Source of the DNA: Perna viridis
Taxonomy: Eukaryota
Length of the DNA: 64,000 bases
Reading direction: 5' to 3'
Assembly: GCA_037379345.1 (NCBI GenBank)
Contig: CM074521.1
Span: 27,366,704 to 27,430,703, forward strand
The position numbers and the translations under genes are program-made. How positions within the stretch are numbered: position 1 is the stretch's first letter; the number at the start of each line of letters is the position of its first letter. The notes beneath the pieces were generated by a model. That model ran no database searches, had not been told where the DNA came from, and saw only the letters and a program-made list of their open reading frames with translations. Below are positions 53,359-64,000 of this stretch, piece by piece.

Positions 53359-53877
53359 CTAAAAAGTAATTACCCATAATACCTAGGGAAGCAAATGTAT
53401 TTTTATCCTCATGGAACACGATTCACACTGTGCTAATCACCATGACACAAATACATGTATCATTTTTGTGTTAATTTATCCTCAGTTAAAAAAACTGATT
53501 ACGTAATACAAAGGCTACTAGAATAGTTTACTAATCAGACTTATATATTCTGTAAGCAAAATATATTATTCTTCTAATATTTATGACTTTTCTACAAAGA
53601 AAGGAAATATGCAAGGATGACTTTTATGTTTTTTATATAATAATAGCAGTAGTTTCTGGCATTAATTATTACAGACGTTGTTACTGACATTTCTCATGCT
53701 AATAACTCTGATTATACAACATTTGGTGCTTACTATAATGATCCTGAAAATATCATGCTAAATACACACCTGGAGGTCAAGTTAAGGAACATTTCATAGT
53801 TTCATATGCATTGTTTTTAGTCTAACCAACTTCAACAATACTGAAAACATACAAAGGTAGTTGTATGTGTTGTCATG

Positions 53878-54288
53878 CTAGGTAAACCCCCACTGGTATG
53901 GTCGTCACACAAAATTAGAAGTTGATATCATATAGCAAAAAATGACGCTTACAACCTATGTCCCATCTTTATAAAGCCTCATACCAAATTTGATATCAAT
54001 CCATTCATCGGAAGCTAAAATTCTGGAAATGAGAATTTTCTTTACCATTTCACACAGTGAAAAATGGCAAAGTCCCATAAAAATAGGAAGTTGATATCTG
54101 ATTTTATAAAAATGGCCAACAGTATATGCTTTATATTCTATGTAAAGCCATAAACCAAATTTGAAATCAATTCGACAAGTGAAAGCCAAGTTTTTTGTGA
54201 CTAAATTTTGAAACTGAACTAAATAACGGACAAATGGGTAGACAAGGCGATTCCAATATACCACCCACTTGTTGAGAGGGGTATCAAT
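53878..54288. mobile_element. HINE-like element with two internal degenerate units
   Basis: GAAGTTGATATC...CCAAATTTGA occurs twice (~53918 and ~54087), followed by ACGGACAAATGGG and the weak terminal hairpin TACCACCC...GAGGGGTA. Confidence 0.5.
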
Positions 54289-57056
54289 AAATATGCTAAA
54301 TAGACACACCTGGAGGTCGTTTAAAAACACTACATAAATACCTTGGCAGTGTCTACGAGTTGAAACAAGAAAGTTACTCATTTATGTTTACCCAACCAGT
54401 GCACCTTGTCCATTAATGTTTGGTTGCCCATGTACATGTACCCTGCCTACCTTGACAGTGAATCTAGTTCACGAGTTAATGTTCTTATTTACTTAGTTAT
54501 CCCTGTATTTCTATAAGGATTGTACCTTCTTTGTTGTGTTTGTCTGTTTTCATCCTTAGTATTCAGCTTTTTATTTCTAAATGATGAATTTCACTTTAAC
54601 CATGCTTAACCTTGATTTCACTGAATAAACAAATGAATTACAAAGCTTTCAAGAAATTCCAAATATTCTTCGTAAAAAACAATCATAAAAAAAAACAAAG
54701 AATACAAATCAATACCAATAAAACAATCGTAAAATCTTATAACTACATAAAAGGACTGAAAAAAAAGAACAAAAATCTTGTAGTCAATAAATATCTACTT
54801 CAGTGAGTTAAGTAAAAACAACTAAAAAATCGTTACAGCTCTTAAAAACTTTATTTCTATTGGGAGAACCTTAAATTCAGGACAAACACCCAGTACAAAA
54901 TAACAAGATAAAGTCATGTTTCTTTCACAATGTCATAAAAATCTGACATAAATCTGGCAATAAATTGATCAGAAGTTTTGTCATCTTGGTGACAATAATT
55001 ACAAAGCTGTTTACCCTTGGTCATAAAACACAAATTAATACTCTGGTATAACCTTATTCTGTCATTTCTTTTTTTGCTTCACCAAGTTATGAAAAACAGA
55101 AATATATATATACTCTAGATTATGTAGATTTATATTCTATAATAAAAAGAGATTTTTTTAATTTTACAATTACTTATAATTGGAAGTAATACTCAATGGT
55201 AGATCTTGGGAGAGGGACATTCAGGAGGAGGGTTAACTACCCACTCCTCTTGTTAGAGAGGATAATGAAGACAATGTTATCTGATGTCACTAATGGCTCA
55301 GGGTATCTATTTGAAAAGACATGTATTTCTCAGGTACATGTCCTACTTTGTAAAATTATCTACTATTTTCAGCAAGTTTAATGAGAAAACATGTGAAAAA
55401 CTATGTCATTTTGCTAATAGACCAATGTCAACAAACAACCCCAGCATTGATTACATTAGATAAACTAAAACTTTAATTACTTTACAAGATACTGTAGCAG
55501 CTAAAACAGTGTCCTATCTCTCCCTAAAAATCACTTCCCATCAATCATAATAATAAGATAATTTCCTTTTATCTTATACAATCATCCCCCTGCAAATTCT
55601 AACATGAAAAACATGTGAATAACATGCTTTATCTATTGTAATTGGTCAATTACAAACAACAGTAAAACATATCTATCATAATCAGGTGCAGTCATCAAAT
55701 AGCCAATCAAATTTGATCTAGAGAGGTCAAATTTGATTGGTGAAAGTTCACAACCATTAAACCAATAAGAGTCTACAAACAGAAGTCAAATTCAATTTTG
55801 ATAGGTCATCTTTAATCAATACGAAAAGATTAAAAATTTTAACTAGAACACCATAACATGACACCAACTAATTCCAATTTAAATAGATTGTTCAAATTTG
55901 GCAAGTTCTGCCAATTAATGGAACTGAAAAACCTTGGTTCTCTCAATTATAAATTAATCTTAAATTAATTCATTTGGAAACCTTGCATGTGTTTCATTTT
56001 TCAAATGCATAAAAATAAAATAAAATGCTTAGGTGAGCACAGCATGATACAACCACAGTTGATTGAACTCTGTTCATTTGGGGGCAAGTGTGGACAAAAC
56101 ATTAGTTTTTGACACACTTAAACATAGGGACTTACAATTTATTATGGACACAACAACTGATTGGAATACAATATTGCGCAATATTCTGAAATTCAATTTA
56201 ATTAAAAAAAGGTCTGCTTTCAGGGTGCTTTCATGTATCACTTAGTATCAAAATTTCTCAAAAACATATAATGATAGAATTTAATTTGCTAGCATACTAA
56301 TTAAACACCTTGTAAAGAGGAACAATTAGCAAGTCTAAGGAACAAAATACAAAAAAAACAATTCATTAAAATCAGAGGAATTCTTTTTAAAATACAGTAA
56401 AAATGACATTTGGGTTCACTGTGACCACTTATTACTCAAAAACAATGAAAAATATTCCATAACTGATTGAAAAATGCCAGTATGGACCTCCAGATGGAAT
56501 CCAGTGAAAAACTACCACCTACATGCTGCATGTAGCCACCTGACCCTTGTTACAGAGGGTAGCCCCACACCATTAATAAAATGACTGAACTCTATGGATG
56601 TCATTCTTTGTTAACTTAGTGAGCAGGTCCTACACAAAAAAATCTGCAAGGCAATGCTTATTGGTGATATCCCCACACCTCAACTTTAGTATAACAATTT
56701 GTACAAACAGGAATTTATGGTTACCCCAAGTAAAATTCCATGGCATGTAACGCCCTTAATTAAGTGACTGAGACCAGTGGCTGCTGAGAAAAAAAGTTAC
56801 GAATGAAGGACAGAAGTCTTCAAAGTTGCTAATTGTCCAATACTCTCTGCCACTGATTTTGGCTTACTTTCAACATCCGAAATGACACAAATGCAATAAA
56901 AATCGAATGACTTCTGCTACAATCTTGGTTCCCTTGATATGATTGTGTACTCTTTAATAACAGTGATTACCCAAATGTTTTCAATCAAAACAACTGGTTA
57001 CCCAGAACCAGATTAAACAACTGGCAATGGCTATATAGATCTGGGTCCTGATAATA

Positions 57057-57847
57057 CAGTGAAACTTCTCCAAACCGGCCATTACTAGGGCAAGAGGAAA
57101 TGTCCAGTTTATAGGGGTGGTTTTATGAAAAAAAAGCAATGCATTCTAAGAGTTGTTTCCCTTTATGTGTTTTATAACCCTACAGGTTGTCAGTTTGCCA
57201 GCTGAGACATGTTTGATGCCAATTCCAAACTATGGGCCTTGTTAATATATCATTTGTAAATGGTTTGATTAAAATCAAATGGTACTGTGCAAAAAAAAAT
57301 GTTCACATTTAGAAACAATGTGTATTAAAGATCAAATGGCTATTGCTGGCAATTAATCATTTGTTCTGTTTTATTAGACTACCTTTCAACATAAGTAATA
57401 ATTTCACCTCTTTGTTGTTTTGATAACATTAATTGACAGTTAAAAGATTGCACTATTATAAGACCAGGATACCTGATGTGTGTACACAGCAATTAACACT
57501 CACCCAGTGACAAAAGGTGATGTCTGGACTAAATAGTTTGTATGAACAACTGTCCACTTAAATTAGCATTTGTCCACTGATAAAATGTAAACTAGTCAGT
57601 GGCTGAATTATTAATTATGTTATCACTTTTCCTGACACATTTAGTACAGGCGAACCAAAACCAGTGGTTTTAAAGAGGTTGTTTTCACCTGAATTATGTA
57701 CCTTAAACTGTGAAAACTGGCTGATGGACAGTTTTGGGGTGGCCCGTCTATTGAAGACTAAACACACAGGTTTTAAGGTATATCGGCGAGGACATTTGAA
57801 AAAGGGAAGACCAGTTTTTTAGGGTCTGGTTTGGTGAAGTTTCACTG
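57057..57847. mobile_element. Non-autonomous pogo/Tigger-type DNA transposon (791 bp) with TA target duplication
   Basis: TIRs CAGTGAAACTTCTCCAAACC and GGTTTGGTGAAGTTTCACTG (19/20 match). TA at 57055-57056 and 57848-57849. No transposase ORF. Confidence 0.85.
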
Positions 57848-59550
57848 TATATATGACCTAAGTAGTCAATTGTAACAAACCCCTGTGTTAGAATCTGAAA
57901 CTGGTCAATAATACATCAATTCAATGCTATCTAACTGATCATTTCATCCTTAAATGTAAACTTCCCGTTCTCATACAAGCAAAAAATACACACAGACATT
58001 TGAATGATATTTTTTAAAAAAGGTATATTTTAGCAATCTTTGGGTTGCTAATGAAATTGACCAGGGAACCAGATTAGGAACCAGATTAAACAACTGGCAA
58101 TGAATATTCATAGATATCGGGGCCCTGCTAATATATATATATATATGATCTATATAGTGTTATAACTAGCCCCTGTGCCTAAATTGGAAACTGGGTAATT
58201 TTCAATGCTAAGTGATCATTTCATGTAAACTTCTTGTTCTCATACAAGCAAGAAATAAACTTAGAACACACATGTGTAATATTTTAGAGGTACATTTTTA
58301 TCTTGTATGAAGCTAGAACTATGACACTATGGTGATAAACACGGCAAAGATCTGTAGCATAGCGGAGTATAAATATATGATTATGCAAATCATATGCAAA
58401 TATAAAGTGCAGATATTACGAGTGTAAGAAGTCGCTAACAATATTAGCAACTTTAAAAAAAGTCAGCCAAACAGGCAGATAACAATAAAACAGTAGACCC
58501 TTTTATTATAAGTGGCATTCAAAGAGTTTTAAAATGCCTGACCAAATTATAAATTGTAAGCTAATATGTACTTTACTCTGATTTAAGGACTTGGTAGAAT
58601 TGGAACTGAAAGCATGGCCTTATTTAGACACAAAAAAATACCATATTTTTTTTTATAAGTACAAAAAATGTAGACAATCATGTGCAAGAATTAGAAGTGC
58701 AAGAGAGTCATGAAACAATTCAATTTATTAAATTAACAGAGTTTATGAATGTGGAAAGAGTGGTACAAGTATGTAGTTTTCATGCACTGCATTAACAAAA
58801 ACTATTTCGAGTACCCATGGGTCTTACTAAACTCATAAAAAGGGAAAGAAATATTTCATTTTAAAACTATTAGACTAGAAGAAAATGTAATGAACTTCCT
58901 TTGAAATAATTTCTCATTTTGAACCTTTAAGAAGTCTATGATCTGCAAGCAACAACTCATTTATGGCCACTAGTTTTCTAAAGAGACCATCTTGACATCC
59001 ATGTACTACAGCTAAATAGAGTACTTCACAGAATTTTCAAAAATGGATCACCTCTACCATAATTGACAGTAATTATCCAAATTTCTTAAAAGAACACATC
59101 CTGGGATTGCCTGATATTTTCCTACAGACAAGTTATGAGGTTAATGTACTAAAACTAAAAAAAATCAGTTCACAACTGGGTGACCTCTACTTTACTTGAA
59201 GGTCGCTCCCAGACTTTTCTTTCAGGAAAAAAAGCCTATGAATTAGGTGATAGCATTGACTGATTGTTTGTAGGGTAACATCCACTGCAAGCTAATTTCA
59301 TGCAAAAAGTTTGATCAATGAAATACACATTATAACAGTTAATTCTGGCAAGTGTCAAATTTGGCAATTTCTTCTATGACTAGGAGTGTAAAATTTCGCA
59401 GTCTTTATTTTTTGCATCTTCAGATTTAATGGAATTGAAGTTAATACATGTAAAATTTCTTGATTTGAATTTGGGAGCTTTTTATTTTCAAAATTTCACA
59501 AACCTCAAGAATATAGCTAAAATCAAACCCTCATGAAAATTTCCTGCTTT

Positions 59551-59647
59551 ACCACTCTACCCAATGACTTTACCCAATAACACTCTATCCAAAGACACTC
59601 TACCCAATAACACCCTACCCAATGACACTTTACCCTATGACACTCTA
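59551..59647. repeat. 15-bp minisatellite (CACTCTACCCAATGA), about 6 copies
   Basis: Directly visible. Confidence 0.9.
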
Positions 59648-60259
59648 AGTGTCAGGTTGTTAAAAAACTAGTTTTTATAGACGTATCAGTCTACAGAAAA
59701 TCAAGACACATTACTCTATGTCCAAAATATACAACCTATTTTCATTTCATGGACAATCTTTGGCATGACTTCCTAGGAAGTAAAATGCAAGACACAGGAG
59801 GGCATTTCAACTCCACTTACATAAAATTATTCAACATCCAAATTAAACAATCATCCTTTAACTAACTACATGTACTTCACAGTGAAGCAACAATAACCAG
59901 TAGTAAGATCTTCGACATAACTAGCCAGGAAACAAAACCTATGACCTACAAACCTTAAAAAGTACAACAACAATAATACCAGAGGCTCACGTGAGCCTGT
60001 ATCGCTCACCTGGTTTAATTACTTGCTAAATATTTCATATAATTTTGTGTAAATTTACAAGGAATTTTCCTTAGATGAAGATTTTCTTGCAATTTAAAGC
60101 ATTGGTAAACAGGAATTATTGCATGGGACAGGTTGGAAAGGGGACATAATGCATAGTTTGCAACCCCAACATATTAAAATCCGGAACCAGGCCTTTAAAA
60201 ATGCAGAAATTGCCATTGTTTTGCGGAATCCATGAAATTTCTGCAAAACACAGCGTTTC

Positions 60260-61310
60260 TTAGCCTCCAACATGATTACTTTGCTAAAAAACTAATCTTA
60301 TTAAACTAGGCATTTCACATCCAGTTTTGTATGGAAATATAGTTTACAAGGCACATAAATGCAAACAATGTCCATCAAATCTTAAGAATTATTTAAATAG
60401 ACTGATTCATAAAGGATATAAATTTGACATTGTTGTCAGATCATTAAATCTTGTCTTTGTAGGAAAAAATATTGATACTCTTATTAGATCATTACATTAT
60501 AACTTAATCATTCATATTTTAGCATTATAGTCATTGCACAACTTCTTGCTAGACCAACATAGTCTATGATGTTGCAGTTCTAAATCCTTTGGAAGTTTTG
60601 TAACTGATATTTTTTGTGTTGGGAGGCTTGAAGATTTGTCATCCTTATTTGTGTCCTGAGCTTGCTTTCAGTAACTGCGAGCATTCATTGTTTATACCTC
60701 ATTTGTTTGTCTTCTATGTTATTGTTAATAATTGTTGAGGTACTTTTCTAATGAATTGGATGTATTTCAGGTTGATTTTTACTGTGTGTCTAACTTTGTA
60801 TTTATTTTAGCCTTTGACCGTATAGAGGGGGAGGGTTTGGATCCAACAAAACTAGTTTAACCCCGCTGCATATTGTTTGCGCCTGTCCCAAGGCAGGAAA
60901 TATAGTCACTGGCATGTAGTTGTCTTTTTTTAAAACATTTTAGTTTCTTACCATAAATGATAAACTGATATAGTATTGAGGAAGGGCCGGACCTTTTTCG
61001 GGATGCTGGGATCAGAGGTTTTTAAGCTCAGGATTTCGGGATTTCTGAAAATTAAGCCCGGGATTTCGGGAAATAAATCCACCGGGAATCGGGATTTTAG
61101 CAGTTTTTAAGTTCCTTTGTTGTTCTGGATTTCGGGATTTAGTAAAAATAAAGTCGGGATTCCGGGATCAGACCCCCTCCAGCCCCCCCTCAGTATTGTG
61201 TTCACTGATTTATCCACTTTGTTTTTATTGGGGCAATTTAGAGCTTGCTACATGGAGGAAATTTCCCACTTGTTGAAGATCATGTGGCGACCTCTAGATG
61301 TATATTTTCT
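60260..61310 (+). mobile_element. Truncated Penelope-like retroelement fragment (RT C-terminal remnant plus tail)
   Basis: Remnant LIKLGISHPVLYGNIVYKAHK...LNRLIHKGYKFDIV resembles the GISxPxFYGDLVYK motif recalled from mollusc Penelope-like elements. Tail motifs GTTTAACCCCGC...GCCTGTCCCAAG and TTGTTGAAG...GACCTCTAG. Family assignment is from memory. Confidence 0.5.
60978..61191. mobile_element. 214-bp MITE-like insertion with internal GATTTCGGGA repeats
   Basis: Termini GAGG...CCTC, flanked by the direct repeat AGTATT (60972-60977 and 61192-61197). Confidence 0.75.
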
Positions 61311-63651
61311 CGAGCGGAAACTTTGGTTAAGTTAAGATCCACAGTGGCAGCCATTTTGAAATGGCAAAAGAATCACAAGCTTTCATCTCCTCATGCCAAC
61401 GATCATTTGTTTCCAGTTTTGTTTTATTTGGTCAAGCGGTTTCCGAGAAAAAGATTTTTACATGTTTTTCTCATAGGGTCCAATGTTAAACTAAGATCCT
61501 CGGTGGCGGCCATCTTGAATTTCCGATCGGCACCAAAATCACAAACTTTCATCCCCTCATACCAGTGAACATTTGTGTCAAGTTTGGTTTTATTTGGCCC
61601 TGTGGTTTCAGAGAAGAAGATTGAAATGTAAAAGTTTACGGACGGACGACAGACGCCAAGTGATGGCAAAAGCTCACATGGCCTTTGGCCAAGTGAGCTA
61701 AAAAAAAAAAAAAAACCACTTTTGTCAAGATAAAAAGCATTTTTGACATAAATTATTAGTATCAGTTATCTTATACTTCATCACTGTTATATTGTATATT
61801 GTGAATTACTGTTATCTATCTCTCTTACCACATGAGTATATGCTACCAGCACTTTAGTCTTACCACAAGTCTCTCTTTTTAATATACATATTCTTTGAAT
61901 AAATATCATTTAATTAACAATCAAATATGTATTCCCTGTACAGCATATAGATTGTGAATAGTTTACACATTTTTTACATTTAATCATATTACTGCTTGAA
62001 AATAGACATTTCAATAGAAACCTTTGGCAATTAGCATTAAAATGTGACTATAACATACAATGCTTTATTTCAGTCTCCTACACAAGTACATTCTGCTTCA
62101 TGTCAATTCCAGCTTTATGTTCTATACTCATTTTACCTTAAGTAAAGTCAAACAGAAATGACCTAGTATTGACTATTCAGCATTGGTTAATTAGCTAAAA
62201 TTTTGAGGTAGTCTTTTTTATGATTTGTCCAATTTTTTTTACTTTTGCACCATCCTGAAATTCAGATAATTTGTATATTAAAATTTTCATTCATGAAAAA
62301 AATTACAAAAGTTTTACATTAAATTATCTGGTTTTATTATGAAAATAGCCAAAATAAAAGTTTTGTCAATATTTCCCAATTTCAGAACAGAACATTTTGG
62401 TAAGCTAAAAATTTGTGTTTCGCTATTAATAATGTCCATAATGGTAACCAAACATAAATATGCACAAATTTAAATAAACTGGCCATTAAACAAACAACAG
62501 TGAAAGGACAATTCATTCTTGTTATACTCATCAAGAGACAGCAAAGAAATTTGTAAAATTTGTACCTGCTTCACAAAAGTTGAAAGCAAGCCAATTAGCT
62601 GCTGGACCTCTTCCGTACATCCACCTTCATATTTCCTATACTTAATAATGCAAAACAATTATTGTTCAGTTAAGACTCTGGTCTGATTCAATCAAAGTGG
62701 AATTTCCCATTAATTTTCTTGACATACCATGTGCGTAATTTCTAACATCAATCCAGGGTAATCATAGGTCATATTCTTTCATAACATTGTCAAAATAAGG
62801 GCATGGCATTCTGCTTAGTATTTACTCAGGGCGTAACATTCTTCCTGAGATAATTTGTAAGTTTCTCATCTGAAACAAACATCTGTGTTTCATTTCAATG
62901 AGTCTCGTCTATCAAAAGTTACCAATGTTTACAAACATGAATTAAGTATTTAGATATTCTATGTTTGTCTGTTTGAAACATACAGAAAACATATCTGATG
63001 GCTTCAAAAAACCTTGATTTAATCTTGTAAGAAATGATTTACTTAAGAAAAACATTTCAGAATTTTGATAAGATGTCAATCAATACTAATTTGCATTGTG
63101 AATAAACATAATTCTTCTATTTTTGACCAATTTATTTTACATTCCACGGCACTGATGGCAGACAACAAAATTCTATTACCAGAACATGTACATGTATCTT
63201 CGTGGGGCTCTTAATCCTAGTCAGACATTCAGGCTTGTCATAAATAAGCATTATATAAAAAAATCAAAATGAGTCATGTACATGTAAAATAGATACATGT
63301 CTTTAAAATTCCCATTCTCTATTGAAGTGAATTTAGCCTTGGTGAGGTACATGTCAGTTTATACTGTTAGAAAGTTAATTTTTACACCAAAGCAGAAATT
63401 TCCAAAACACTGAAACACTTAAATCATTTCTCTGATCTACCTTTCAATAAAGATATAGTGAACAAGTGGCCTTTATTTCATGTGTCTTCATGTATGAATT
63501 TTTATGTCTGTCTATCTATAATGAAACTTATATTTTTTCCTCATAACAGCATTCACAAATGCACACACACACACTGCCAAGCATAAATTCAGAGATTTTG
63601 AAATGTTGGGTTCATAAGAAAAGAGGAGTTTCTGAATATTTTTGGTCCCTG

Positions 63652-64000
63652 TGCAGGTCCGGGTGGTAAAAGAATAGGCCTGCAGCAGCGCTAAGCTTGT
63701 CGTAAAAGGCGACTAAATAGTGCTCAGAACAACTGGGATGTGTGCCCCAGGTGGTGGAATGGGGTACCCCTGGCATGTTACATGCTGGGGTTGTCAGGCT
63801 ATAATACGGAAAACCTGACCGCAAACCATAGTGGTGCACTGTATTGGGAAAGATGCCACCTTCCTCGCACGTTAAAGAACCCTGCTGTGGTATTCGATAG
63901 GAGTAGGAACCTTTGCGCTCTGCCACAGGAGGCTAAATTGCCCGACCTTACCCATCCCCCCTTTTTTCTAGTGGCAATCGAAATTTGTCGACCCTGTTGT
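63652..64000 (+). mobile_element. GC-rich SINE-like / non-autonomous retroelement with a Deu/Nin-like core, running off the window end
   Basis: Abrupt rise in GC. Head motif CTTGTCGTAAAAGGCGACTAA. Core GCACGTTAAAGAACCC...TCGATAGGAGTAGG...GGCTAAATTGCCC follows the Deu-domain motif order recalled from memory. Confidence 0.6.

Larger units (their letters stand above)
59978..61700. mobile_element. HINE/Helentron-type element interrupted by nested insertions
   Basis: Left palindrome AGGCTCACGTGAGCCT plus ATCGCTCACCTG. Right GACGGACGACAGACG tract, hairpin AGCTCACATGGCCTTTGGCCAAGTGAGCT and A-tract. Internal ~159-bp units at 61334 and 61493. Confidence 0.75.

Noticed and set aside
63612-63926. 104-aa - strand ORF
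   Set aside because: It lies antisense within the GC-rich SINE-like element and has no recognisable domain.

Overview
AT-rich, CpG-depleted eukaryotic DNA. The repeat types (Helentron/HINE-like elements with GCTCACCTG sub-terminal repeats, a Penelope-like fragment, abundant TACATGTA) suggest a bivalve mollusc; the taxon is inferred. Two convergent genes are visible. (1) The last two coding exons of a + strand gene (1-764, 1403-1450) whose C-terminus resembles RBM48. (2) A - strand ZC3H10 orthologue whose whole ORF lies in one exon (18899-19969). ZC3H10 appears to sit in a large transcription unit, with a ~12 kb intron opening 17 nt after the stop codon and several candidate non-coding 5' exons over more than 33 kb. 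The most interesting signal is a candidate post-transcriptional control module at the ZC3H10 coding exon: two competing 3' splice sites that include or exclude a 9-codon uORF, a tandem AGCG motif just upstream, and ATG-dense upstream exons. The rest is intronic DNA with minisatellites, MITEs, HINEs, a three-level nested insertion and a Deu/Nin-like SINE. No CRISPR array, rRNA or tRNA was seen. All splice models are read from sequence motifs only and need transcript data.
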